Shown: positions 30,523 through 39,715, numbered from the stretch's first letter. The stretch: DNA of 64,000 bases from Candidatus Anstonellales archaeon (GCA_038890745.1 JAWAFD010000002.1:248782-312781); one strand, 5' to 3'. Program-made: numbers and translations. The notes: generated by a model not told the origin, from the sequence alone.

Positions 30523-32379
30523 TCATCTTTTTGTTTTTTGAGTATAAACTGCAAAGGGCTTAAAAGCCCTGCCCCCTCCCTCAAAAAATTTTGAACTAAA
30601 CTCAACCAAATTCAACCTTCCTCCTTGCACCAAGCTTTCGAACATCGCAAGCACAGCGTTTGCGAAGTGAAGGGCTATGAACAAAGGCAAAATGATTAAA
30701 TTAAGAAGCCCCGCCTCCAACGATGGAACGAAAAATTTATTTATTAATTCTGCAAGCACCACCCCTGCAACCCCAACAGCAGCGATCCTTGCATAACTCA
30801 ATATGTTTCCAAGAACCCCTGGAATCTCAAACATGCCAGCAACTCCCTCTGTTGCCGCAGTTGCACCAACTCCAAACGCAAGCATCGCAACCCCAACTTC
30901 TCCGAAAAACTGCGGAAGGAGCGGAAATAAGTAAGTTGTAATCGCGAGCAGCCCTCCATACATTGTTAGTATCCAACTTATTTTCCCTATCGCATGCTTT
31001 TTGCTGTGATGCCATTCCTTTATTGCTCCAAGCACAAACCCGATAGTTAAGTGAAACATTCCCATCAATATAGACGCCACAACTACATACGGAAGAAGCG
31101 CCATCCTATGGAATCCGTGATACAGAGGTTCAGAAATCCCAAGCCAGAATGCGTGGCTTGCCCCGAACCACTCATCAAAGATTACTCCCCATATTATTCC
31201 TCCTATCGCCGAAAATTCCCAAATTTTTGAAAACCAGTATACCGGGCCAGATGGCCATTTTTTCATCAAAAATCTTGCAAACCATATGGAAATCAGCGCA
31301 TACCCAACATCCCCTATTATCATTCCATACATTAAAGGAATTGTAAACGCAAATATTATGGATGGATCGAACTCCTTTCCCTTTGGAAGGGAGTAGAACT
31401 TTACAAGGAACTCAAACGGTTTTATAACCCCCGGATTGTCTAATAGGGTTGGTGGGTTTTTGCCTTCTATTTTTTCTATATGAATCCTATCTCCAAACAA
31501 ACCGTAAAGCCTCTTCTCCATCTCTGCAAACCTGCTCGCAACAATCCACCCTTCTATAACAACAATTTTTTTTGAGAAGCCAAAGCGCGCAGCAATCTCT
31601 GCCCTGTCAGCTGCAATCTTTAAGCTTTCTTTTGCAGTGACCACATCTTCATAATATTCTTCAGCAATCTTATTCAATGCTTTTTCTATCTCCGTTTTCT
31701 TATCCTTTATTTCCTCGAGCTCTTCCTTCCTCCTCTTGCTTTCTTCCTCGATTCCTGTTCTTGGAACTTCATAAACTCCTATTCCGTACTTTCCAAGAAT
31801 AATTGCCGGAGAACCGCCTTTTTCCACACCTATGATCCCAACAATATTCGGGCCACTCTTCTTTGTTTCAACAACTATGTTCTCAAAGGTTTGCTTCAGG
31901 TCGCTAATAATTTTTTTGAGTTGTTTTTTTGCGGTTTTTTCATCCAGCGCAAACATGAAAAAATCAAGGGAGCGCGGCAGGTCCTTTGTTTCAAAACCAG
32001 CCCTTACAAAAAGTTTTATCTCCTCCTCTTTCTCTTCAAGCATCTCCTTTCTTTTATCTAGCTCTTCCAATTCATTTTTCATTCGCGCAAGCTCATCATA
32101 AACCGGAGAAAGTTTTTCAACAATTTTTATGGCTTCTCTGTAATCAGCCCTTTTTCCCTCAACATATTTTTTCGGAAGCATGCTTTCCATCGCCCTTATC
32201 TTAACGAGAGCCTGCGAGATAACGCCGTGTGTTTCCAGAGGTTTTCTTGTTTTTAGTTCAGGATACTCCACCTGCTCCATTTCCATGATTCCCATTTCGT
32301 GCAGTTCTTCAATCAGCTTTCCGAGTACATTTGATGTTGCAAAAATTCTGACTTTCTGCATTTTTACAGGCTTGAGCAT
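30523..32379 (-). CDS. atpI: A-type ATP synthase subunit I (a)
   Basis: 618 aa; N-terminal cytoplasmic coiled-coil and a C-terminal multi-TM domain with the conserved Arg region. Confidence 0.85.
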   Translation of the reverse strand: MLKPVKMQKVRIFATSNVLGKLIEELHEMGIMEMEQVEYPELKTRKPLETHGVISQALVKIRAMESMLPKKYVEGKRADYREAIKIVEKLSPVYDELARMKNELEELDKRKEMLEEKEEEIKLFVRAGFETKDLPRSLDFFMFALDEKTAKKQLKKIISDLKQTFENIVVETKKSGPNIVGIIGVEKGGSPAIILGKYGIGVYEVPRTGIEEESKRRKEELEEIKDKKTEIEKALNKIAEEYYEDVVTAKESLKIAADRAEIAARFGFSKKIVVIEGWIVASRFAEMEKRLYGLFGDRIHIEKIEGKNPPTLLDNPGVIKPFEFLVKFYSLPKGKEFDPSIIFAFTIPLMYGMIIGDVGYALISIWFARFLMKKWPSGPVYWFSKIWEFSAIGGIIWGVIFDEWFGASHAFWLGISEPLYHGFHRMALLPYVVVASILMGMFHLTIGFVLGAIKEWHHSKKHAIGKISWILTMYGGLLAITTYLFPLLPQFFGEVGVAMLAFGVGATAATEGVAGMFEIPGVLGNILSYARIAAVGVAGVVLAELINKFFVPSLEAGLLNLIILPLFIALHFANAVLAMFESLVQGGRLNLVEFSSKFFEGGGRAFKPFAVYTQKTKR

Positions 32380-32389
32380 TTCTCCACCC

Positions 32390-32713
32390 TCAGGTGCTTG
32401 TGAGCGCCCTGAAACATTCGTTTATTACTTTTTCGCTAACATTCGTTTTTCTTATCTTATTAGCCTCCGTTTCAGCCTTCTTCACTATTTCATCAACTTC
32501 TTTGTTAATCTCAGCCCGGGCCTCCTCCAATTTTTTCGCTTTTTTTGCCGCTATCCTCTCTTTGTATTTAATCTCTATTAGATTCATGCTTTCTATTGCC
32601 CTTCTTAGAATTTCCTCACTTTTCTTATCAGCTTCCTGAAGGATGGCATCAGATTTCTCCTCAGCTTCCTTCAGGTTTTTTATTACTTCTGAAAAGCTTT
32701 TCTCCTCACCCAT
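32390..32713 (-). CDS. atpH: A-type ATP synthase subunit H
   Basis: Internal Met MGEEKSFSEVIKNLKEAEEK.. gives a ~107-aa K/E-rich coiled-coil at the head of the operon. The ORF track start at 32860 would overlap the divergent L15e gene. Confidence 0.55.
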   Translation of the reverse strand: MGEEKSFSEVIKNLKEAEEKSDAILQEADKKSEEILRRAIESMNLIEIKYKERIAAKKAKKLEEARAEINKEVDEIVKKAETEANKIRKTNVSEKVINECFRALTST

Positions 32714-32795
32714 ATCCACCACGTAAGAAGGAATATTCCAAAGCAGGAAAGGTTTTTTAAACATTTCTTCACTCAAAACGAAAGCACAATCTAGT

Positions 32796-33338
32796 GTGAT
32801 TTTTATGGGCGCGTATAAGTACATAAGAAAAACGTTTGAAAAGGAATACCAGGAAGGCACGTCTAATTCAATCTATAGACAGAAGATTATTTCATGGAGG
32901 CATGGGCCTTCCATCGTGCGGGTTGAAAAACCCACAAACATCGCAAGAGCAAGGGGTTTGGGGTACAAGGCAAAGAAAGGGATTTTTGTTGTGCGGGTAA
33001 GAATTGATAAAGGTTTAAGAAAGAGAAGGCAGCCTCATGCCGGAAGAAAGGCAAGGCACAACTACCGTTACGTCCAGCCCGATCTTAGCCATCAGGCCAT
33101 TGCAGAGCAGAGGGCAAACAGAAAATACCCAAACTGTGAGGTTTTAAACAGCTATTGGGTGGGTGAGGACGGCCAGAGCACGTTTTTTGAAGTAATTCTT
33201 GCGGATAGAAGCACAAAATTTGACCCATCAACAGAGAAAATGGTTTTGCATCGCGGGAGGGCATACCGCGGGTTAACATCCGCAGGAAAAAAATCCAGGC
33301 CTCTTGCGAAGGGAAGGAGAAAGCAGAGGAAGGCTTAA
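32796..33338 (+). CDS. rpl15e: 50S ribosomal protein L15e
   Basis: RHGPSIVRVEKPTNIARARGLGYKAKKGIFVVRVRI..RKARHNYRY signature. Confidence 0.9.
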   Translation: MIFMGAYKYIRKTFEKEYQEGTSNSIYRQKIISWRHGPSIVRVEKPTNIARARGLGYKAKKGIFVVRVRIDKGLRKRRQPHAGRKARHNYRYVQPDLSHQAIAEQRANRKYPNCEVLNSYWVGEDGQSTFFEVILADRSTKFDPSTEKMVLHRGRAYRGLTSAGKKSRPLAKGRRKQRKA

Positions 33339-34213
33339 TTTTTTATCTCATTTTCTAGATTTTTTTCTGTGATCATTTCGTACAGCTTTAGATATCTCTC
33401 TTTTGTTTTTTCTACGATCTTTTTTGGAATCTTCGGAGGATTGTCCCTACTCCACTCTATCCCAAGCAGATAATTCCTGAAAAATTGTTTATCCATACTC
33501 TCCAGCTTCCCTTTTTCATACTCTTCTTTTAGCCAATATCTACTAGAATCCGGAGTAAATATTTCATCTATTAATATTATTCTATTCCTTAGATACCCAA
33601 ACTCAAATTTCGTGTCTGCAAGAATCAAGCCTTTTTTAAGCACATACTCATGCCCAAACCTGTAAAGCTTTAGCGAGTATTCCCTCAGCTTCTCCACAAC
33701 CTCATCCCCAAAAATCCTCTTTGCCTCTCCAACGCTTATGGTTACATCCTTATCCTGTTTTTTTATTGCAGGCGTAAATATTGGCTCATCCAACCTAGCA
33801 CCTTCTTTCAACCCTTCCCCAAGCTCGTACCCCCAAAGCTTTCCGCCTGTTTTTTTGTACTCCTTAAAAGCGCTTCCGGTTATGTACCCTCGCACAACGC
33901 ATTCAAGCTCTATGGGTTTTGTTTTCTTAACAACCATACTCCTGTACTTCAAAACTTCAGGAAGATTTTCAGGAAGGTTTGTAGTTATAAAATGGTTCTC
34001 AACTATGTTTTTTGTTTTTTCAAACCAGAATGCGGAGAGCATGTTCAGAACAATTCCCTTGTACGGAATTGGCGTGGGAAAAACAACATCAAACGCGCTT
34101 ATCCTGTCCGTTGCAACCATGAGCAGGTTTCCGTCAAAAAAGAATGTTTCTCTAACCTTTCCTTTTTTGAAAAGCTCTAATCCAATCTCCCCTACGGTAT
34201 AGATCGCTTTCAT
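33335..34213 (-). CDS. purC: SAICAR synthetase
   Basis: GKVRETFFFDGNLLMVATDRISAFD motif. Confidence 0.9.
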   Translation of the reverse strand: MKAIYTVGEIGLELFKKGKVRETFFFDGNLLMVATDRISAFDVVFPTPIPYKGIVLNMLSAFWFEKTKNIVENHFITTNLPENLPEVLKYRSMVVKKTKPIELECVVRGYITGSAFKEYKKTGGKLWGYELGEGLKEGARLDEPIFTPAIKKQDKDVTISVGEAKRIFGDEVVEKLREYSLKLYRFGHEYVLKKGLILADTKFEFGYLRNRIILIDEIFTPDSSRYWLKEEYEKGKLESMDKQFFRNYLLGIEWSRDNPPKIPKKIVEKTKERYLKLYEMITEKNLENEIKN

Positions 34214-34307
34214 AGGGTTAGAACGTAGATAAGAGAATTTAAAAATTTATTTAAAAAGCAACATGTTTTACTCTGTTCAAATTATGGGGCGGTGATAGCC
34301 CTCATCA

Positions 34308-34326
34308 GGTGTAATTTTATTACACC
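34308..34326. promoter_or_regulatory. perfect palindrome GGTGTAAT-TTT-ATTACACC in the divergent intergenic region between purC and the NTase gene
   Basis: Read directly: 8-bp arms, 3-bp spacer, 44 bp upstream of the ATG at 34370. A/T-rich TATA-like stretches flank it. Confidence 0.35.
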
Positions 34327-34369
34327 CTTTTGAAATGATTTAAATACTTTTCTATCAAAAATACAAAAT

Positions 34370-35020
34370 ATGCGCTTGGTGGAAATGAAGCACAACCTTG
34401 CCATAGAAACCGCTAAGCTTATATTTAGGAGTGGGTTAGATGTCGTTTTTATTGGCGGAACAGCACTTAATTCAGTATACTTGAATTACCGTTTTTCTGA
34501 AGACTTGGACTTTGGCTACACTGAAAAAAATAAAAAAGCCGACATAGAGAAAGTCCTCCGCAAAAGCGGTTATGTTGTAGAGCCAATGGCATTCAAATTC
34601 AGAGATCTGATTACATTTGAAGGGATATCAATTAAGATGGATGTTATTCTCTACGAGTTAAAATATGGTAGGTTTGTAGAAAGGATGCTTGGAGAAGTGC
34701 GGATAAAAACCCTTGATATTCCAGAATTTATCGTTGAGAAGACCATTGGCTTTCTTACAAGGGAAGAGATGGCGGGGATTGCGAGAGATGCGTACGATCT
34801 ATTCGCAATCCACAAAGAATACCATAATGTTTTCCATGTTGTCAGGAAGGCAGCTGCCGTTATAAAAAGGAAAGCAGATGTAATGGATCATAATATATAT
34901 TTTTTTCTTGGAAGGAAAAAGGAGGTGATAAGCGCACTAAGACCTTATCTAAAAAAAGAGGTTCAATACGACGATGTTGCAGATTTTGTAAAAAGACTTA
35001 AGGTGGTTTTGCATGACTGA
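34370..35020 (+). CDS. AbiEii/DUF1814-like nucleotidyltransferase (type IV toxin family)
   Basis: VVFIGGTALNSVYLNYRFSEDLDF matches the GGTAL...RFSEDxDF signature of DUF1814/AbiEii pol-beta-fold NTases as I recall it. 216 aa is shorter than typical family members. Confidence 0.65.
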   Translation: MRLVEMKHNLAIETAKLIFRSGLDVVFIGGTALNSVYLNYRFSEDLDFGYTEKNKKADIEKVLRKSGYVVEPMAFKFRDLITFEGISIKMDVILYELKYGRFVERMLGEVRIKTLDIPEFIVEKTIGFLTREEMAGIARDAYDLFAIHKEYHNVFHVVRKAAAVIKRKADVMDHNIYFFLGRKKEVISALRPYLKKEVQYDDVADFVKRLKVVLHD

Positions 35021-35552
35021 TTTAATAGAAGGTCAGGTTTATAGGGTTTCAGACATACCAAATTTTAAAGAGCTTTACAGAAAGATGCAAATATTCCCAA
35101 CTCCGTTCAGAGGCATCTACTATTGTCCGTATAAAACTGAGAGAGAGGCATGGTACATAACCGACCCGCACAGGATCCTGTTTGATGCATCAAGGCTTTA
35201 CCTAAACTCTGAAGAGTACTATTTTGGACTGTACACCGCACTCTACTATTTGCGGATAATTTGGAATCCTTTTGGGACTGATATAATAAATAAAAAGTTC
35301 AGTAGGGTTGTAGAAAAAAAGATTCCAGAGGCCAGCTATTGGAGAGCAAAAAAATTGAAAAAAATACTTGAAAACTATCCTTCGCCAGTTCGGTTTCACA
35401 GAATAAAAGCTTTCTCTTTTGATGGGGTTTTGAGAAAAGGTAGGGTTGCTTTCTCAAACCTACCCAAGACCAAAAAAGATGCCCTTTATCTATGCAGAAA
35501 GGGAAACAGAGTTGCATGTGAAGTGTTGAAGCTTGCGAATGCAGTTAGATGA
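35013..35552 (+). CDS. hypothetical protein, overlapping partner of the NTase gene (8-bp overlap)
   Basis: 179 aa, aromatic and basic, no motif I can place. The start ATG overlaps the stop of the upstream gene (ATGACTGA). Confidence 0.45.
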   Translation: MTDLIEGQVYRVSDIPNFKELYRKMQIFPTPFRGIYYCPYKTEREAWYITDPHRILFDASRLYLNSEEYYFGLYTALYYLRIIWNPFGTDIINKKFSRVVEKKIPEASYWRAKKLKKILENYPSPVRFHRIKAFSFDGVLRKGRVAFSNLPKTKKDALYLCRKGNRVACEVLKLANAVR

Positions 35553-35596
35553 AGAAAACTAATGGATTTTAAAATCATTCTTCTTTTACTATCAGC

Positions 35597-36229
35597 ATGA
35601 AGAAAATTATTCCCTTCTTTCTCTTCATAACACTCACTTTTTCTATTCAGATCTCTTCCATCTCATCAAAGGAGATAACGCTAAAAACAGGAGAGAATGC
35701 CACTCTTTCCATAGTAGTTGTGAACGACCGGCCGTATTCTATTGAATGCATTCTCAGTTACATAGGAAGCTTGGCTTATTATTCTCCCCCTAGAACTACC
35801 CTCAAACCTTATGAAACAAAAACATTTTACTTAACTCTTTCTGTCCCAGAAAATTATAGTGGTGAAAATCCGAGCAAGGGGTATGTTGTTGTGAGCGAAA
35901 AAACAGAAGGAATAGTAAGCTCAGCACTCCTAAACCAAATTACCGTAATCGTTCCGAATGCAGAAGAAAGAAAAGGAGAGGAGCTTGCAAACATCGCAGA
36001 GCAGATAAAAGCTTCATTAGAAAAGAGGATGGAGAACGAGAGCATAGTGGTTATCCCTTCTTTTTCCATCCATCCGCTCTCTCCTCAAACCTACCTTCTC
36101 CTCACATTTCCAAAAGTTCCCCGACCACAAACCTCACAATTCATTTTCTTCGCTCTTTCTTTTTTCATTACCTCATTTGCCATTTTTTTCATTTTCAACG
36201 AAATAGTAAAGGAGCATGGTAAGGTTTAG
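35597..36229 (+). CDS. secreted protein with C-terminal TM anchor
   Basis: Signal peptide MKKIIPFFLFITLTFSIQISSISS and a C-terminal hydrophobic helix plus KEHGKV tail. Confidence 0.5.
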   Translation: MKKIIPFFLFITLTFSIQISSISSKEITLKTGENATLSIVVVNDRPYSIECILSYIGSLAYYSPPRTTLKPYETKTFYLTLSVPENYSGENPSKGYVVVSEKTEGIVSSALLNQITVIVPNAEERKGEELANIAEQIKASLEKRMENESIVVIPSFSIHPLSPQTYLLLTFPKVPRPQTSQFIFFALSFFITSFAIFFIFNEIVKEHGKV

Positions 36230-36281
36230 GTTTTCATAAGATTTTTAAGCGCTTATGTTTAACTAAACTTATACTGATAGT

Positions 36282-36977
36282 ATGGTATCCTTGGATAAAG
36301 CTATTATTGCAACATACGAGAAAGAAGGGGAAAAATTCGAGGTTTTCCTAGACCCTGATAAAACATATGATTATTTGGATGGAAAAAAGAAAGACCTTCA
36401 GGGCCTTCTTGTTGTTGAGGAGGTTTTCAAGAATGCAGCGAGGGCAGAGAGGCAGACTGCAGCCGCGATAAACAAGGCCTTTGGCACTACAGATATTTTG
36501 AAGGTATTAGAGACAATACTAACAAAAGGCCATGTTCAGCTTACAACAGAGCAAAGGAGAAAAATGATTGAGGAAAAGAAAAAGCGTGTCATGGATATAA
36601 TACTGAAAAATGCAATCGACCCTAGAACGAATGCACCCATCCCTCCTCAGAGGCTGGAGCTTGCGATGGAGCAGGTAAAAATACATTTTGACCCATTCAA
36701 ACCAGCAGAACAGCAGGCAGAGGAGGTAATAAAAGCTTTAAAAATTGTTCTGCCCATGAAATTTGAGAAGATAAGGATTGCTGTGAAGATCCCTTCTGAG
36801 TACGCTGTTCGGACCTACGGAACTCTAAAGAGTTTTGGAATTGTTGAGGAGCAGTGGCTCGGAAACGGTGATTTGATCGTTGTTGTTGAAATCCCCGGCG
36901 GAATGCAGGGAGATTTCATGGACAGGATAAATAAAGCAACTCATGGCAATGTTGAAACAAAAATACTACAAAAATGA
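36282..36977 (+). CDS. sdo1: ribosome maturation protein SBDS/Sdo1
   Basis: FEVFLDPDKTYDYLDGKK..DLQGLLVVEEVFKNA; its position at the head of the exosome superoperon fits. Confidence 0.85.
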   Translation: MVSLDKAIIATYEKEGEKFEVFLDPDKTYDYLDGKKKDLQGLLVVEEVFKNAARAERQTAAAINKAFGTTDILKVLETILTKGHVQLTTEQRRKMIEEKKKRVMDIILKNAIDPRTNAPIPPQRLELAMEQVKIHFDPFKPAEQQAEEVIKALKIVLPMKFEKIRIAVKIPSEYAVRTYGTLKSFGIVEEQWLGNGDLIVVVEIPGGMQGDFMDRINKATHGNVETKILQK

Positions 36978-36998
36978 AATAGAAAATGAGGTGAGAAT

Positions 36999-37598
36999 TT
37001 GGTTTTTGTAATACCAGGGGATATGATATCAGATAAGCCCGAGCATTTCAAAAAGGGCACAGCATACATAAAAGACGGAAAGACATACGCGGCGGTTGTG
37101 GGGACTCTTGAAGAAGGGAAGTTTACGAGTTTAGAGAGCGTGTACATACCGATGCAGGATGACCCAATCGTGGGGATAGTGATAGACGAAAGACATGGGA
37201 ACTACACGGTTGATGCAAACATCGCGTTCCCGGTTCTTATTCTAGCAAAAAACATAGGTCGGGCGAGGTTTAAGCTGGGTGATTTCATTTCTGCGAAAAT
37301 ATACAGGATAGAAGGAGACGGAACTGTAATACTTGGGAATGTAAGACTTCTGAAGGGAGGAAAGGTGATAGATGTTCCTTCGGCGAAAGTCCCTAGGATA
37401 ATAGGAAAAAAGGGGAGCATGCTTTCCTTGATAAAGGAGAAAACTGGTGTTGAGATGTTCGTAGGTGCAAACGGCTACATATGGATAGGAGACAGAGGGA
37501 AGATAACAAAGGCCATAAAGGCGATAAAAACAATCGTGGCAAAGGCGCATCTTACAGGGCTTACGGATGAGATTTCAAAAATGCTGGAGAGTGGTTGA
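36999..37598 (+). CDS. rrp4: exosome complex RNA-binding subunit Rrp4 (S1 + KH)
   Basis: S1 segment GDFISAKIYRIEGDGTVILGN and KH motif RIIGKKGSMLSLIKEKTGVEM. Confidence 0.8.
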   Translation: MVFVIPGDMISDKPEHFKKGTAYIKDGKTYAAVVGTLEEGKFTSLESVYIPMQDDPIVGIVIDERHGNYTVDANIAFPVLILAKNIGRARFKLGDFISAKIYRIEGDGTVILGNVRLLKGGKVIDVPSAKVPRIIGKKGSMLSLIKEKTGVEMFVGANGYIWIGDRGKITKAIKAIKTIVAKAHLTGLTDEISKMLESG

Positions 37599-37599
37599 G

Positions 37600-38343
37600 A
37601 TGGAGAATAAAGAGATCGAGCTTATAGTGAATGGAAAAAGGTTGGATGGAAGAGGGCTTCATGACCTAAGACCCATAAAAATAAAGGTTGGGGTTCTGGA
37701 GGATGCTGATGGCTCTGCTTCTGTTGAATGGGGAGGAAACAAGGTTGTTGCGGGTGTGTACGGACCGAGTGAATGCATTCCAAAACATATAGAAAATCCT
37801 TACAAAGCAGTAGTAAAGTGTCAGTACATGATGTCAACATTCTGCTCGTTAGAAGAGCACGGAAGGATGGGTCCCAACAGGAGAAGCATAGAGATTTCCA
37901 AAGTCATAAGACAGGCGCTTGAGAACGTGATTATGGTTGAGCTATTCCCCCGTTCGCAGATAGAGGTTTATGCAATAGTCCTCCAGGCGGATGGAGGAAC
38001 AAGGATAAGCGCGCTCACGGCCGCGGTTGCAGCCCTCATTGATGCAGGCATTCCGCTTAGGGATAGTATCGTTGGCCTTTCTGTTGGAAAAGCCGGGGAT
38101 AAAATAATAGTCGACCTCGGGAAGATGGAGGATAATTTTGGTCAATCTGATGTACCGATTGCCTTTACGAGCCGAGATAAGGATATCCTGCTTCTGCAGA
38201 TGGATGGGCTACTTACAAAAGAGGAGCTAAGCAAGATGATAGACCTTGCTTTCAAAAAAGGCGATGATATAAATCAGCTCCTGAGAAGAGCTATTGAAGA
38301 GAAATACAGAGAAACCGTGAGTAAGAGATTGAGGATCGGGTGA
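37600..38343 (+). CDS. rrp41: exosome complex exonuclease Rrp41 (RNase PH)
   Basis: RLDGRGLHDLRPIKIKVGVLEDADGSASVEWGGNKVVAGVYGP. The ORF track start at 37567 overlaps rrp4. Confidence 0.9.
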   Translation: MENKEIELIVNGKRLDGRGLHDLRPIKIKVGVLEDADGSASVEWGGNKVVAGVYGPSECIPKHIENPYKAVVKCQYMMSTFCSLEEHGRMGPNRRSIEISKVIRQALENVIMVELFPRSQIEVYAIVLQADGGTRISALTAAVAALIDAGIPLRDSIVGLSVGKAGDKIIVDLGKMEDNFGQSDVPIAFTSRDKDILLLQMDGLLTKEELSKMIDLAFKKGDDINQLLRRAIEEKYRETVSKRLRIG

Positions 38344-38347
38344 TAGC

Positions 38348-39133
38348 ATGGGAGAAGAAAAAGATATTATAATGCACTCTATGAGAAAGTCTTACCTCCT
38401 TACCTTGCTCGCTAACGCAGAAAGGCTTGATGGAAGGGGGTTTTACGATTATAGGCCTATTGAATTGCATAAGGGAATCATAGAAACTGCCGAGGGTTCT
38501 GCGCTAGCTAAAATAGGAAGCACGCAAATCATTGCGGGGATAAAATTTGAGGTTACGGAACCTTTCCCAAGCGACCCGGACAAGGGCATTTTTGTAACAA
38601 ACGCAGAGCTTCTTCCGCTGGCAAGTTCTCGTTTCGAGCCAGGTCCTCCAGGAGAGGAGAGCATAGAATTTGCAAGGGTGGTTGACAGGGCGATAAGAAG
38701 CGCTGAGATAATTGATGTAGAATCATTTTTCATCGAGGAGGGGAAAGTTCTTGCATTATTCCTTGACCTATACGTTCTTGATTACGGCGGAAACATGGTT
38801 GATGCCGCAGGCCTTGCCGCGCTCGCAGCGCTCATGAACACAAAAATCCCAAAGGTTGAAAATGGTCAGATAATCCGTGGCGAGTATTCCGGAAACCTAA
38901 AAATAGATCGGCATCCTCTTCCAGTAAGCTTCTCAAAAATAAACACATACATACTTGTGGACCCCACGATAGAAGAAGAAAGCGCTTCTGATGCGGGCCT
39001 GACCGTTGCAACAACCGAAGAGCATGTGGCTGCGATCCAGAAGTTCGGCACAGGAGGGTTTAAAAAAGATGATGTGCTAAATTGTGTAGATATAGCATTC
39101 GAAAAAACAAAGGAGCTTAGAAAGTATTTATAG
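38348..39133 (+). CDS. rrp42: exosome complex subunit Rrp42
   Basis: RLDGRGFYDYRPIELHKGIIETAEGSALAKIGSTQIIAGIK. Confidence 0.9.
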   Translation: MGEEKDIIMHSMRKSYLLTLLANAERLDGRGFYDYRPIELHKGIIETAEGSALAKIGSTQIIAGIKFEVTEPFPSDPDKGIFVTNAELLPLASSRFEPGPPGEESIEFARVVDRAIRSAEIIDVESFFIEEGKVLALFLDLYVLDYGGNMVDAAGLAALAALMNTKIPKVENGQIIRGEYSGNLKIDRHPLPVSFSKINTYILVDPTIEEESASDAGLTVATTEEHVAAIQKFGTGGFKKDDVLNCVDIAFEKTKELRKYL

Positions 39134-39141
39134 GTGGGAAT

Positions 39142-39357
39142 ATGCTGAACACAAGCAGATATGGAAGAAAGGTGAGGAAAAACTATCTTGATGCTAAGAA
39201 GAAGCAGAGTGAACTTTACGAATGCCCGGTTTGCAGAAAGAAGAAAGTGAAGAGAGCGGGTTTTGCTGTTTGGGTATGCAGGAGTTGCGGGGCGAAGATC
39301 GCAGGAGGGGCTTATGCTCTTACAACCTCCGGAGCTGTTACAGAGGCAAAAAAGTGA
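39142..39357 (+). CDS. rpl37ae: 50S ribosomal protein L37Ae
   Basis: YGRKVRKNY..CPVCRKKKVKRAGFAVWVCRSCGAKIAGGAY zinc ribbon. Confidence 0.9.
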   Translation: MLNTSRYGRKVRKNYLDAKKKQSELYECPVCRKKKVKRAGFAVWVCRSCGAKIAGGAYALTTSGAVTEAKK

Positions 39358-39366
39358 GGTGGGAAC

Positions 39367-39492
39367 ATGCCGGAGTATGTCGATTATAAATCCGGAAAAC
39401 CGATAGAAGGAAAAAAGGATTTTTCGTTTGCAGGTGGAAAAATTGTTTTCAAGGAAAGACCATCCATAGCACTCGAGTCTTCGACTGATTAA
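39367..39492 (+). CDS. possible 41-aa small protein with SD (MPEYVDYKSGKPIEGKKDFSFAGGKIVFKERPSIALESSTD)
   Basis: GAGGTGGGAAC precedes the ATG. It sits where rpoP usually sits in this operon but has no Cys. The stop lies 1 nt before the pcc1 start. Confidence 0.3.
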   Translation: MPEYVDYKSGKPIEGKKDFSFAGGKIVFKERPSIALESSTD

Positions 39493-39493
39493 G

Positions 39494-39715
39494 ATGAAAT
39501 CAAGAGCACTGTTGGCCCTCACCGTTAAGGATCCCTATGCATTCATAAAGGCAGTTGAGCATGAGAGACATTCAAAAAGGGTAAGAACCTCCATTTCATA
39601 TGAAGGGAATGTTGTTAAGATAGAGGTAGAGGCAGAAGATGCAACCTCTTTAAGAGCAACTTTAAATACTTATCTGCGCATAGCACAAAGCGCTGAAGAG
39701 CTTGAGGGAGGATAG
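39494..39715 (+). CDS. pcc1: KEOPS subunit Pcc1-like
   Basis: 73 aa; ..SISYEGNVVKIEVEAEDATSLRATLNTYLRIA matches the Pcc1 fold signature (A.D...LRA..N..LR). Operon context supports it. Confidence 0.6.
   Translation: MKSRALLALTVKDPYAFIKAVEHERHSKRVRTSISYEGNVVKIEVEAEDATSLRATLNTYLRIAQSAEELEGG

Noticed and set aside
34370-35020. Reading gene 1 as a cGAS/DncV-like CD-NTase of a CBASS system, with the downstream TM protein as effector.
   Set aside because: The motif RFSEDLDF fits DUF1814/AbiEii better than the CD-NTase GS..h[DE]h[DE]h context. The downstream protein has a cleavable signal peptide and a C-terminal anchor (surface topology), which is unlike CBASS effectors. Kept only as an alternative to test.
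39367-39492. Calling the 41-aa ORF RpoP (Rpo12).
   Set aside because: RpoP is defined by a four-Cys zinc ribbon, and this peptide has no cysteine.
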